Shown here: in pieces, positions 40,944 to 50,742 of the stretch
How positions within the stretch are numbered: the first letter of the stretch is position 1
How the letters are laid out: each line of letters begins with the position of its first letter
Assembly: GCA_040755515.1 (NCBI GenBank)
Contig: JBFMAW010000008.1
Span: 135,016-199,015, forward strand
Reading direction: 5' to 3'
DNA from: Thermodesulfobacteriota bacterium
GTDB lineage: Bacteria > Desulfobacterota > Desulfarculia > Adiutricales > JAGVGV01
Length of the DNA stretch: 64,000 nucleotides
The notes under the pieces: model-generated
Told to the model about the DNA's origin: nothing
Databases searched by the model: none
The model's input: only the letters and a program-made list of their open reading frames with translations
Translations under genes and position numbers: made by a program

Positions 40944-41070
40944 TTTTCACCGGGGTGCGGCCCTGATCCAGGCGGCTTAGGTCTTAAAGACGAAACCCCA
41001 AGTCTGAACGGCTCCGAGCCGGGATAATCGGCACTTCGGCCGACCATCTCAGTCCATTTTCTCCCTTTCA

Positions 41071-41406
41071 TCATTCCTCGGCTTTCAATATCGCCTCGAT
41101 CTCCCGCCGGAGGACGGGCAGGTCGTTTTCAACGGCGTTCCAAACCTGATCCCAATCAATATCGAAGTAGCCATGAACTAGCGTGTTTCTCATTCCGATG
41201 ATCTCTCGCCAGGGAATATTTTGGCAACGGGAGCAAAAAGCCTCGGACATACGCGCGGCCGCCTCGCCGATTACTTCCAGGTGCCTCAGACACCATACCC
41301 GTATAAGTTCATCACGATCAAAGCTCTCGCGTCCGCCTTGGATGTGTCGGGTGATGGCCTCGATGGCGTCCAGTATGTCGTGCAGCCGATCAATGTCTTT
41401 TCTCAT
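41071..41406 (-). CDS. HEPN (DUF86) ribonuclease toxin
   Basis: IGEAA and RNTLVHGY (Rx4HxY) motifs. Confidence 0.92.
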   Translation of the reverse strand: MRKDIDRLHDILDAIEAITRHIQGGRESFDRDELIRVWCLRHLEVIGEAAARMSEAFCSRCQNIPWREIIGMRNTLVHGYFDIDWDQVWNAVENDLPVLRREIEAILKAEE

Positions 41407-41690
41407 AGCGGCTTAGCCTCCTGCAGCACCCTCTCGCGGTAGCGAGGCCGAAGTGCCCTTTCGCTGACAACATCTACTTTGCAACCCAATAAATCTTGGA
41501 GATCCATAACCAAGCCGCCATGATCGAAAAGGCTCCGCCCCGGCTCAAACTCGACGAGAAAATCCACGTCGCTGGTGGGTCCCCAATCACCTCGGACCGT
41601 CGAGCCGAAAAGGCGAATTCGTTTTACCCCGCGCTTCGCGGCAATTTGCAGGATCTGGTCGCGCTTGGACATCAATTCATTTCTTTCCAT
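41403..41690 (-). CDS. Minimal nucleotidyltransferase (MNT) antitoxin
   Basis: LFGSTVRG...SDVD...KVDVV; ATGA-coupled to the HEPN gene. Confidence 0.92.
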   Translation of the reverse strand: MERNELMSKRDQILQIAAKRGVKRIRLFGSTVRGDWGPTSDVDFLVEFEPGRSLFDHGGLVMDLQDLLGCKVDVVSERALRPRYRERVLQEAKPL

Positions 41691-42092
41691 TCCCAGTCTC
41701 CATCGGTCTTTCCTTCTGAAGGATTTTTCCTGATTACCATATGGTTGTCCTCCTAACGGGTTTCAGAACCCAAAGCTCAGCCGGAAAACGGCGCTTGTTA
41801 TAGTACCGATTATTCAGCGTCCAACATATTTTTACCAGGGTTTGGGGAATATTCAAACCTGACTTTTTGGGTAATTGTGATAACCGCTCTTATTGTCTAA
41901 TCCGGGTAAAGTAAATCCAGCCTTGGAAACGCCATGGATCTTAACTTCCAGAGCCAAGCCGATTCCAACGTGCACTCATGTTCAGGCGGGGCAAGGCCCG
42001 GCCTTTTCAGCGTGAGAACAAGAGGATATAATCAGAGAAAATGCGAATTGCCTTTAAGCAGTAACATTATGACGGAATAGGATGTCTGGTCC

Positions 42093-43118
42093 ATGAACAC
42101 CGATCGCCATCGCAAGCAGGTATTGTTTCCGGGTTTAGGACCAGCCGGCCAGGCGGCCTTGGGCCGATCCTCCGTGCTGGTGGCCGGCTGCGGGGCCACG
42201 GGCGGAACCATCGCCGCCCTTTTGGTCCGGGCCGGAGTGGGCCTGGTGCGGGTAGTGGATCGGGATTTCCCGGAACTGGGCAACCTGGGCCGCCAGTTGC
42301 TTTACAACGAGCCTGACCTGCTCGAGGGTCTGCCCAAGGCAGTACTGGCGGAAAGAAGTCTCAGCCGGGCCAATTCCGAGGTCAAGGTCCAGGGCATCGT
42401 GGCCGACCTCAATCCGGACAACGTACTCGAGCTGATCCGGGACGTGGACTTGATCATGGACGGCCTCGACAACCAGGAAACCAGGTACCTGATCAACGAC
42501 GCGGCCGTGAACCTGGGCAAACCCTGGGTGTACGCCGGGTGCCTGGGCGCGGCCGGCAACGTCATGGTTATCCTGCCCGGCCGAACACCCTGCCTCCGCT
42601 GCCTCTTTCCCCATCCCGCGCCACCTGGAGTTCTGCCCACTTGTGACACGGCCGGCATAATTGGTCCGGCCGCCAGCCTGACCGCCTCCCTGGCCTCGGC
42701 CGAAGCCTTGAAACTGCTGGCCTTGGGAACCGAAGATATCAAGCCTAGAATGATCGCCTTCGATGCATGGGGCGGGTCTTTCCGCGAGATTTCCCTGGCC
42801 GCCGAACCGGACCGGTCTTGTCCCTGTTGCGGCCAGCTTCGTTTTGAGTTTCTCCTGGGCGCCCGCCGCACCACTTCGGAAACCCTCTGCGGCGTGGACG
42901 CGGTGCAGGTCAATTCGCCCGGCCGGATGAAGGCCGCCCTGTCCGCCCTGGCGGCCCGCCTGGAACCCGGGGCCATTATTTCCTGCAATGAATTCTTACT
43001 GCGATTCAGGGCCGAGGGTCTCGAGTTCGCCGTCTTCCCCGACGGCCGGGTCATAGTTCACGGGACTTCGGACCAGGCCGTCGCCAGGTCCGCGGCCGGC
43101 CGATACCTCGGATTCTGA
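42093..43118 (+). CDS. ThiF/MoeB family adenylyltransferase
   Basis: GCGATG, DRD..E..NL.RQ, DGLDN..TR, CLRC, TCDTAG and CPCC motifs. Confidence 0.9.
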   Translation: MNTDRHRKQVLFPGLGPAGQAALGRSSVLVAGCGATGGTIAALLVRAGVGLVRVVDRDFPELGNLGRQLLYNEPDLLEGLPKAVLAERSLSRANSEVKVQGIVADLNPDNVLELIRDVDLIMDGLDNQETRYLINDAAVNLGKPWVYAGCLGAAGNVMVILPGRTPCLRCLFPHPAPPGVLPTCDTAGIIGPAASLTASLASAEALKLLALGTEDIKPRMIAFDAWGGSFREISLAAEPDRSCPCCGQLRFEFLLGARRTTSETLCGVDAVQVNSPGRMKAALSALAARLEPGAIISCNEFLLRFRAEGLEFAVFPDGRVIVHGTSDQAVARSAAGRYLGF

Positions 43119-43128
43119 TCAAGGACCT

Positions 43129-44016
43129 TCAAGAATCATCGCGGCGCAGGAAGCTGTCGAGGGAGATGACCTTGCCCCGCTCGCGACCGCCGGAGTCCAA
43201 CACGGCCGGTCTGGGCCGGCGGGTGCTTGGGCCTTGGTGTTCCTGTTTAAAATCGGCCAGGTACTTCTTAAGCTCTGGATTTTTCGCCACCAGATCGTCA
43301 ATCTGGCGCTCCATTTCTTTCACGCCGGTCTCGAGATCGCTGGCGTCCAGATCAAAGCCAACAAGTTTTTTTAGAATATCCACCAGGGCCTGGTGCAACT
43401 TCAGGTTGCCGGTCTGGATATAAACCGGGGCGTGGCCCCATAGGCCGATGGCCGGCAGGCCCAGGGCCCGAGCCTGATCGAGTATCAGCGTATGGATGCT
43501 GACCGGCCCCTGGTATTCGCCCAGATTCAGTCTCAGAGAGGCGGTCAAAGCCATCTCCTCGGCCGCCTGATCTGAATAAATCGCCGACACCCTGGCCGGC
43601 AGCCAGTGCGGTACGTAATCGTAAGTCCCACCCAGGGTGACGATGACCCGGACGTTCATTTCTCCGGCCAGCTTCAGAACCAGGTCGCAGAAGGGAGACC
43701 AGTTGAGCCTTGGTTCCGGTCCGCGCAGCAGAATCAAGTCGGATTGATCGATCGAGCCAGTAAACCAGGTGAAATTATAAACCGGCGCGTGGAATTCCCT
43801 TATCCGTCCGTTCTTGATCCTGGCCGTGGGCCTGACTTCGGTAAAATCGAGGAACTGGTCCGACGCCAGAAAGGCCAGGGGCTTCGGTTGCAGGCGGTTT
43901 TCCAGATACTCGAGCGTGCCGGTGGCCACGTCGCCGGCGTTGGGCCAGCCGGAGAAAGCCACGATCATCGCCGGCCGTTTCAATTCAGGCCTTTGATGGA
44001 ATATCAAACCGGTCAT
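43129..44016 (-). CDS. PAC2 family (proteasome assembly chaperone-like) protein
   Basis: AFSGWPNAG, DFTEVRP, GPEP..NW, YQGPVSI and WGHAPVY motifs. Confidence 0.85.
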   Translation of the reverse strand: MTGLIFHQRPELKRPAMIVAFSGWPNAGDVATGTLEYLENRLQPKPLAFLASDQFLDFTEVRPTARIKNGRIREFHAPVYNFTWFTGSIDQSDLILLRGPEPRLNWSPFCDLVLKLAGEMNVRVIVTLGGTYDYVPHWLPARVSAIYSDQAAEEMALTASLRLNLGEYQGPVSIHTLILDQARALGLPAIGLWGHAPVYIQTGNLKLHQALVDILKKLVGFDLDASDLETGVKEMERQIDDLVAKNPELKKYLADFKQEHQGPSTRRPRPAVLDSGGRERGKVISLDSFLRRDDS

Positions 44017-44065
44017 GTTATCCTCCGGCCCGGTGAGCCGTCGTGGGTCGAAAAAAGGGGAAGAC

Positions 44066-45124
44066 CTAATTCCCTTTATTTCCTAATTGGGACTTCAACT
44101 CCAGGGCCTCTTTGAAGTCGGGTTTGAGGGCCAGGGCCTTGTCCAAGTAAGACTTGGCCGCGTCGGGGTCTCCCTGATCCAGGCAGACCCGGCCCAGGTT
44201 ATAGAACAGGTTTTCGTCGTCTGGCGTGGCCTCCGCGGCCCGAAGCAGATAATCTTTGGCTTCATTCAATTTACCCTGGCGTCTGAGGCTTATGCCCAGG
44301 CGGTTGAGGGCATGAGTTTGGGACGGGTCCAGGTCCAGGGCCATTTTGAAAGCTTTTTCGGCCGCTTCGAAGTCTCCGGCGGCCAACAGCGACTCCCCCA
44401 GGTTGAACTGCCTTTGCGCGTTAAGCGGGCTGATGTTTACTCCTCGGCGGAAAAAGCCCAACGCTTCGTCGGTCCTATTCTGGCGCAGAGTCAAGGACCC
44501 CAGGGCGTCGTAAGCCTCGACGTAAAGTTCGCTCATGTTCACGGCTTGCCGGTAATCTTCTTCGGCTTCGGCCTGTTGTTCCATCTTTTCGCGGGCTCGG
44601 CCCATTTTATAATGAATGGCGGCCAGGGTTCGACGTGTTCCGGTCAGGGCCTGGCTATATCGTTCCAAAGCCTCTTCGAGACGTCCTTCCAAGACCAGGC
44701 GGTTGCCGTCCTGATACAGGAGATCGCTGTCGCCCGGGTTCAGTTTGCTTTCCAGGATATGATTGACTTTGTCGGACAGGGTTTGTTGGGAGAAGGGCTT
44801 GACTATAAAGGCGTTGACGCGATGTTCGGCGGCCAAGGCCACGTATTTTTGCTCGGCTTCCGAAGAGATCAACAGAAAGGGCGTTTCGGCCAGGTCCCGG
44901 TTCGATCGGATTTCCTTGAGCAATTGCAAGCCGTTCAGACCGGGCAGGTCGTAATCGGCGATTATGAGGTCCGGAAGATCGTTGGCGGCCCGGCGCAAGG
45001 CGGACATCCCGTTTTCGGAGACCAACAGGTTGGAGTACCCGTCATTCTTCAGGTAATCGCGAACAATATTTCGCAAGTCTACCTTGTCGTTGACTATCAT
45101 TATTTTAATGGCGCTCTTATTCAC
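44066..45124 (-). CDS. Response regulator receiver plus TPR protein
   Basis: LIIADYDLPGLNG and VKPF, followed by TPR repeats. Confidence 0.88.
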   Translation of the reverse strand: MNKSAIKIMIVNDKVDLRNIVRDYLKNDGYSNLLVSENGMSALRRAANDLPDLIIADYDLPGLNGLQLLKEIRSNRDLAETPFLLISSEAEQKYVALAAEHRVNAFIVKPFSQQTLSDKVNHILESKLNPGDSDLLYQDGNRLVLEGRLEEALERYSQALTGTRRTLAAIHYKMGRAREKMEQQAEAEEDYRQAVNMSELYVEAYDALGSLTLRQNRTDEALGFFRRGVNISPLNAQRQFNLGESLLAAGDFEAAEKAFKMALDLDPSQTHALNRLGISLRRQGKLNEAKDYLLRAAEATPDDENLFYNLGRVCLDQGDPDAAKSYLDKALALKPDFKEALELKSQLGNKGN

Positions 45125-45203
45125 GGCCCGTCGCCCCTGTTCTCCAACCCGAGTTTAATAAGATAGTACCTTAGCCCGGCTTTGGTTTCAACCCGAGGCC
45201 TGA

Positions 45204-46415
45204 TCAAATCACGATCAGGCGGTCATCGGCCAGGGTCAGTTTTTCCGGCTCGCCGTTCCCTATCCGGAAAGTGTTTTCCAGGCCGACCGCGGCCAGCCCG
45301 GGAAAGACCATCTTGAGTTCCAGGGCCACGACCATACCGGCCAGAAGCGGGGTGTTAAAACCAGGAGCCAACAGGGGCGGATCGCTTATCTCCAGACCTA
45401 CACCGTGGCCGGCGAAACGGGCCTTCCGTTCCGGCGGACCCAGGAAGGCATGGCCGAAGCCCAGTTTCTCGGCCCTGGCCACGGCCAGGTAATAGAGGTC
45501 ATGACCGGTTTGACCAGGGCGCAGCCGTCTGGACATTTCCACCTCGATCTCTGCCAAGGCCTCATAGGCCTCGGTTATCAGGCCGGGCGGCGGTCCGATC
45601 GAGAACATCCTGGTCAGGTCCACCTGATACCCATCAAGACAGAGCCCGAAGTCAATTAAAACCGGCTCTCCCGGCGCGATGGTCTTCAGACTGGCGCCCG
45701 CGGGAAAGGCGGGCGAGAGTCCATAGCCGCCGAAGGCGGCGTCGATAAAACTGGGAATGCCGCCGCTGGGACCGCTGATAACGTGCCAGGAGTACATGGC
45801 CTGGTCAAAACCCCTGGTTCGCAGGTAATTCTGGTGGCCGGCCTGATAGGCCGCCTTGGTCATCAGGCCGGCGGCCTCAATTTCGGTCAGACCCGGCCTT
45901 AAAAACCCCGGGACGGCGGCATAAACGCGACGGGATAGTTCTCCGGCCCGTCTCAGGCATGCCGCTTCGTACTCGGACTTGACCGCCCGCTGCTCCAGAA
46001 TGAGCGGACTGACGTCCGTGAACTCGGCCCGCGGCCACAACTCCTGGTATCGTTTGAAGGACTTGACCGGCAGCACGTCCAACTCCAGGCCGAGGCGTCC
46101 GGGCTCGGCTCCCAGACGATCGTTGACCAGGCGGGCCAACTCGGCCAGGCTGGCCAAACCTACGGCCGGAACCGGTGATTCGACTTGGGCCCGATCAAGG
46201 TCGCGGCGGACCATCAGCAGGGGGTCTCCGCGGGCGGGCAGCAGAAGATGTCCGGACTGCATGGTGCCGGTGAAATAGAAAAGGTCTACCGGCTGGATGA
46301 TCAGGGCCGCGTCGAAGCCATGTTTCATCAAGCCGGCCTGAGCCTCATCGAGGCGGCGGTTGATCTCGGCCGCGGGAGTCAATTGATGAAAGGCGGGTGG
46401 TTGATAGGCGGACAT
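45204..46415 (-). CDS. Xaa-Pro aminopeptidase (M24 family)
   Basis: RAVKSEYE, D...GYQVDLTR, GHGVGLE, E and GLEN metal ligands. Confidence 0.9.
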   Translation of the reverse strand: MSAYQPPAFHQLTPAAEINRRLDEAQAGLMKHGFDAALIIQPVDLFYFTGTMQSGHLLLPARGDPLLMVRRDLDRAQVESPVPAVGLASLAELARLVNDRLGAEPGRLGLELDVLPVKSFKRYQELWPRAEFTDVSPLILEQRAVKSEYEAACLRRAGELSRRVYAAVPGFLRPGLTEIEAAGLMTKAAYQAGHQNYLRTRGFDQAMYSWHVISGPSGGIPSFIDAAFGGYGLSPAFPAGASLKTIAPGEPVLIDFGLCLDGYQVDLTRMFSIGPPPGLITEAYEALAEIEVEMSRRLRPGQTGHDLYYLAVARAEKLGFGHAFLGPPERKARFAGHGVGLEISDPPLLAPGFNTPLLAGMVVALELKMVFPGLAAVGLENTFRIGNGEPEKLTLADDRLIVI

Positions 46416-46556
46416 TCGACCTCGTGCGTATGCCTGATGACTCTCGGAGTCGGACCACGAACTCCGTTGATAACGCAGTGTTATCCGAAGTAATTACTCT
46501 TGCCAATCCCGAGGTTGTCAAGTAAATTAAAAGACCGCCCGCCTGATCGGGAGTAC

Positions 46557-47813
46557 ATGCCAGTTGGTGATTTACTGATGGCCGACTCTTCGGATGCGTT
46601 AAAAGTTGACCTGCACGATCTGGTAGTAGCCTTGTCCGAAGCCCTGGGCCTGGTGGGCGGCAAGATCATCAACCACGGTAAAAGAGTGGCTTATCTGGCC
46701 CTTTCCCTTTCAGAACCTTTCCAGCTTTCGCCGACCGAATTCGACGATCTGAGAACGGCCGCCCTGTTGCACGACGCCGGCGTATCCAAGACCAAGACCC
46801 ACGAAAAACTGCTTTCTTTGGACTGGGAAGGAGCCCTGGAGCACTGTCGGGACGGCGCCGCGCTGCTCCAGGATTTCACCCGTTTCCACCGGGTGGCCGA
46901 GGTGATCCTGCATCATCATACTAAATGGGCGGATATGCATTCGGCCAACCTCGATCCGCGGACGGCTCTTCTGGCCAACCTGATCTTTATCGCCGACCGC
47001 ATTGATGTCCAGGTCAACTGGGACACGGAGATTATTCTGAATCGGGAAAAGATCGAGAACCAGATAGGACTGATGTCCGGCTCTTTTTTCAATCCTGACT
47101 TGGTCAAGGTATTCAAACGCAAATCCCAGGTCGAAGTCTTCTGGCTCAGCCTGTATCCGCGGCATCTGGCCAACGCCCTGGACCGTTATAAACCGGCGCG
47201 GCCCCTGGAACTGGGGTTGGAGGAAATGGCCCGGCTGGCCGCCATTTTCGCCAAAATCGTGGACAATAAAAGCCCTTACACCCGCGATCATTCCTATGGC
47301 GTGGGCCGCCTCTGCCGAATGTTCGCCCGGCGTCTGAAGTTGCCTGATTTAGCGATAAAGAAGCTTCACATCGCCGGGCTGGTCCACGACCTGGGCAAGT
47401 TGGCCATTCCGGATGAAATACTGGAAAAACCCGCCACCCTGACCGCGGAGGAGTTTCAGGTCGTAAAAAGGCATCCCTTCGAAACCTATTATATCCTTTC
47501 CGGTCTGCCGGCCCTGGCCGAGATTCGAGACTGGGCCTCCTATCATCATGAAAGAACGGACGGGTCCGGATACCCGTTTCATCTTACGGCCGAGTCTTAC
47601 CACGTCGAGCACGTGATCGTGATGCTGTCCGATATCATTCAGGCCCTTATTCAAAACCGGCCATACCGCTCCGGCCTTTCCCGGCACCAGGTCTTGGACA
47701 TACTCAATCATCTGACCGTCCACCAGCCCATCTTTGAATCCCTGATGCGGATAGTCCGCCGGGAATACGATTACGTGGCCGCCGTGGCCAGAGGAGAAGA
47801 GAGCCCCGAGTGA
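46557..47813 (+). CDS. Tandem-HD HD-GYP phosphodiesterase
   Basis: First HD domain (LLHDAG, HHH); second with HDLGK and HHERTDGSGYP. Confidence 0.88.
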   Translation: MPVGDLLMADSSDALKVDLHDLVVALSEALGLVGGKIINHGKRVAYLALSLSEPFQLSPTEFDDLRTAALLHDAGVSKTKTHEKLLSLDWEGALEHCRDGAALLQDFTRFHRVAEVILHHHTKWADMHSANLDPRTALLANLIFIADRIDVQVNWDTEIILNREKIENQIGLMSGSFFNPDLVKVFKRKSQVEVFWLSLYPRHLANALDRYKPARPLELGLEEMARLAAIFAKIVDNKSPYTRDHSYGVGRLCRMFARRLKLPDLAIKKLHIAGLVHDLGKLAIPDEILEKPATLTAEEFQVVKRHPFETYYILSGLPALAEIRDWASYHHERTDGSGYPFHLTAESYHVEHVIVMLSDIIQALIQNRPYRSGLSRHQVLDILNHLTVHQPIFESLMRIVRREYDYVAAVARGEESPE

Positions 47814-47852
47814 CGATCGTCCTGGATTAAGGAAAAATGAGGAGTATCAAGC

Positions 47853-48317
47853 ATGGGCTCGCTCATGGAAGCCGTGGAGAAATTCTTGGTCGACGACAAC
47901 TGGTCGTTTCACCGATTGGAGAACAAGCCCATTCTGCGAATGGGATTCAAGGGCCGCAACGGCCGCTGGGAATGCATGGCCCGAATCAGGGAGGAAGCCG
48001 GCCAGATCATTTATTATTCCAGCCTGGCGGCCTTTGTTCCGGAAGAAAAGAGATTGGCCTTGGCCGAGTTCATAACCCGGGCCAATTACGGCATGTATAT
48101 CGGTAATTTCGAAATGGATTTCGTGGATGGTGAAGTCAGATTCAAGACCAGCCTGGATGTCGAGGGAGTCGAGGAAACCCTGACCCCGACCGTGATCCGG
48201 CACCTGATTTACGCCAATGTATCCATGATGGACAAATACTTCCCTGGACTGATGAGCGTGGTTTACTGCGACGTGGTCCCGGCCGAAGCCATAGCCAAGA
48301 TAGAAGGGCGGGAATGA
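47853..48317 (+). CDS. YbjN domain protein
   Basis: EFITRANYG..IGNFEMDF.DGEVRFK motif. Confidence 0.85.
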   Translation: MGSLMEAVEKFLVDDNWSFHRLENKPILRMGFKGRNGRWECMARIREEAGQIIYYSSLAAFVPEEKRLALAEFITRANYGMYIGNFEMDFVDGEVRFKTSLDVEGVEETLTPTVIRHLIYANVSMMDKYFPGLMSVVYCDVVPAEAIAKIEGRE

Positions 48318-48358
48318 TCCGCCCCGAGTCTGAAAACAGGCGGGGCCGGATTTTTTTC
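48317..48358 (+). terminator. Rho-independent terminator
   Basis: GC-rich imperfect hairpin (CCGCCCCG...CGGGGCCGG) followed by a T-run. Confidence 0.6.
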
Positions 48359-48440
48359 CTGACCCGGCGGCGATTGATCTAGGTCAAGGTCTGGCCCGAG
48401 GTCCTCTGATATCTTACCCTGTAAAAAGAGGAGGTGCCTT

Positions 48441-49184
48441 ATGGCCAGGCGGGAGATTATCCAGATAGACGAAGAAAAATGCAATGGCTGTGGAGCCTGC
48501 GTTATCCAGTGCGCCGAGGGCGCGCTGGAGATAATAGACGGCAAGGCCAGGCTGGTCAGCGACATATACTGTGACGGCTTGGGGGCTTGTCTGGGCGAGT
48601 GTCCGACCGGGGCCTTGACCATCGTTGTCAGAGACGCCGCTGAGTTCGATGAGGAGGCGGTCGGAGAACACCTGAACGTCCTGAAAGGCCGGCCCTCGCA
48701 TCCTAGGCCCGAAACCCTGGCCTGCGGTTGTCCGGGCAGCGTGGTCCAGGAACTGAAACCCGCGGCCGCGCCGATAAAAACCGGGCCGGTCAGGGTTTCA
48801 GCCTTGCGCAACTTCCCGTTACAGTTGCACCTGGTGCCAACCAAGGCCGACTTTTATAATCAGGCCGGACTGGTCATCGCCGCCGATTGCGCCGGCTTCG
48901 CGCTGACGGCCCTGCACGCGGATTATCTGCCTGACAACTCCCTGATCATTGCCTGCCCCAAACTGGATGAGACCGGTCCGTACCAGGCCAAACTGGCCGA
49001 AATATTCCGCCGGAACCTGATCAAGGGGATCACCGTCCTGTACATGGTGGTGCCTTGCTGTTTCGGTCTGGTGCACCTGGTGAGAGAGGCCCTGCGGGAC
49101 AGCGGCAAGTCCATTCCACTGCGATTGGTCAAGGTTGATCCCCAGGGCGAGATCATCCAGGACGAACTGGTGAAGGCGGCCTAG
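48441..49184 (+). CDS. Ferredoxin-domain Fe-S protein with Cys-rich C-terminal domain
   Basis: CNGCGACVIQC, CDGLGACLGECP, CGCPG, AADC, ACPKLD and VPCCFG motifs. Confidence 0.88.
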   Translation: MARREIIQIDEEKCNGCGACVIQCAEGALEIIDGKARLVSDIYCDGLGACLGECPTGALTIVVRDAAEFDEEAVGEHLNVLKGRPSHPRPETLACGCPGSVVQELKPAAAPIKTGPVRVSALRNFPLQLHLVPTKADFYNQAGLVIAADCAGFALTALHADYLPDNSLIIACPKLDETGPYQAKLAEIFRRNLIKGITVLYMVVPCCFGLVHLVREALRDSGKSIPLRLVKVDPQGEIIQDELVKAA

Positions 49185-49206
49185 ACCGGAAAGGAGGAGA
49201 AGGGTA

Positions 49207-49449
49207 ATGTCCGTGACCATGTGCCCAGGGCAGGACACCATGTTCTGGAAACCGGGCGATATATTCGAAATAACCTGTCCCAACTGCCACACACTCGTGG
49301 AGTTTTACAAGGACGACGCCCGCCGCCGCTGTAGCGGTTGCGGACATGTCTTCTCCAATCCCAAGCTCAACCAGGGCTGCGCCCAGTGGTGCGAGTTCGC
49401 CGACAAATGTCTCGGATTGAACCGGCCGGCGACAGGGGAGAGCGCGTAA
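49207..49449 (+). CDS. Small Cys-rich metal-binding protein
   Basis: CPGQD, CPNC, CSGC and CAQWCEFADKC (8 Cys in 80 aa); AAGGAGG RBS. Confidence 0.8.
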   Translation: MSVTMCPGQDTMFWKPGDIFEITCPNCHTLVEFYKDDARRRCSGCGHVFSNPKLNQGCAQWCEFADKCLGLNRPATGESA

Positions 49450-49553
49450 AACCGAATAATAGCCGGGGCCGATCGGAGCCGGAATGACCGTGATGGATCA
49501 ACCGATCTCGCCGAGACCCGATTTACCCGGCCGTCTCGAAAAAGCCTGAAGCC

Positions 49554-50036
49554 ATGAGCGAACGCCGGAAAAGCGATCTGACCAAGCTCGGTAATATCAT
49601 CGCCGATTCCAGTCAGGCCGGTTTTCTTGGCCTGGCCAAGGAGATGATGCGGGTCTTTGAAGTCTGGAGCGGAGCGGTGGGCCCTTACAACGCGGCTCGG
49701 GCCTGGCCCGAATCGGTCAAGGGCGGCCGCCTGACCGTGCTGGTGGAGAGTCCGGCCTGGATAGATCATTTCAACTATTTCAAGTCCGACTTCATCCAGC
49801 GTTTGAACCAGGCCTTGGGGGCGGAAATAGTCCAGGACCTTGCTTTCCGGGTGGGAAATATCCCTTTGGCGAACAAGCCGCCCGTCCCTCCAGCCGGACG
49901 GCCGACCCCGGCCGCGGACGAAAGACCGCGGGATGACCCCGAGATACAAAAGGCCGTGGCCGGAATCAAAGACCCGGAACTCAAGGCGCGCCTGGCCGCC
50001 TTTATGGCCCGCCAGAAGCCCGCCCCGCCAGAATAG
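49554..50036 (+). CDS. dciA: DUF721 / DciA family protein
   Basis: W..AVG...A..A.P......L.V.V.SPAW...F.......I.RLN..LG KH-like pattern. Confidence 0.75.
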   Translation: MSERRKSDLTKLGNIIADSSQAGFLGLAKEMMRVFEVWSGAVGPYNAARAWPESVKGGRLTVLVESPAWIDHFNYFKSDFIQRLNQALGAEIVQDLAFRVGNIPLANKPPVPPAGRPTPAADERPRDDPEIQKAVAGIKDPELKARLAAFMARQKPAPPE

Positions 50037-50742
50037 CCTCGGCTTCGTCAGTGTAAGACAGGCCGACCGTGTAAACATAAAGGGGAGGCTCGATATTCAA
50101 CTCGGGCCGGCCGCCCAACCTGGCCTCGACGAGAACCCTCTTGGCCTTTTCCCCGGCCCGGCTGTGAACCAACCGCATTCTTTTGGGTTCAAAACCGGTC
50201 GAAATCAGGTCAGCGATCATCGAGACCAGCCTGGAGGCGGGATAAACAACGGCCAGGCGTCCGCTCGGCGACAGTATTCGACCGGCGGCCCGGGCCGCTT
50301 CAACGAGTCGGCCCCGCAGTTCATGTCGGGCGGCGGCCTCCTCGTCGCCAGGGTTGATCCGTCCGGTCCCGATTTCCCGGTAAGGCGGATTGCACACGGC
50401 GTAATCCGCCGGCCCGCCTAGGTGATCGAGGGTCAGCCGGGTCCAATCCATCTCCAACACCTCGACCGCCGCCTGACGATTGATCTCGGCGTTTTTCCTG
50501 GCTAATTCAGCCAGGCGGGGTTGTATCTCCACGGCCAGCACCCGGCCTTGGCCCAGTCGCCAGGCCAGGGCCAGGGCCACCACTCCCACGCCGGCGCCCA
50601 GATCAATGACGGTCTGGCCCGGGCTCGGCCGGGCGAAATCGGCCAATAGCAGGGCGTCCAGGGAAAAACGGTATCCCTCGGCGGGCTGAGCGATTTTCAA
50701 CCGGCCGTCATAGATGGAGTCAAGAGTCAGCTCGAGCGTCAA
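50002..50742 (-). CDS. tRNA1(Val) adenine-N6 methyltransferase-like (TrmN6/YfiC)
   Basis: GYRFSLDALLL, DLGAGVG, NPPY and ARHE motifs. Confidence 0.85.
   Translation of the reverse strand: MTLELTLDSIYDGRLKIAQPAEGYRFSLDALLLADFARPSPGQTVIDLGAGVGVVALALAWRLGQGRVLAVEIQPRLAELARKNAEINRQAAVEVLEMDWTRLTLDHLGGPADYAVCNPPYREIGTGRINPGDEEAAARHELRGRLVEAARAAGRILSPSGRLAVVYPASRLVSMIADLISTGFEPKRMRLVHSRAGEKAKRVLVEARLGGRPELNIEPPLYVYTVGLSYTDEAEAILAGRASGGP

Noticed and set aside
42093-43118. ThiF as the E1 of a bacterial ubiquitin-like or defence system
   Set aside because: Ordinary MoeB/ThiF architecture; no E2, JAB or ubiquitin-like gene adjacent
44087-45166. 359-aa ORF on the + strand
   Set aside because: Antisense shadow of the REC-TPR gene
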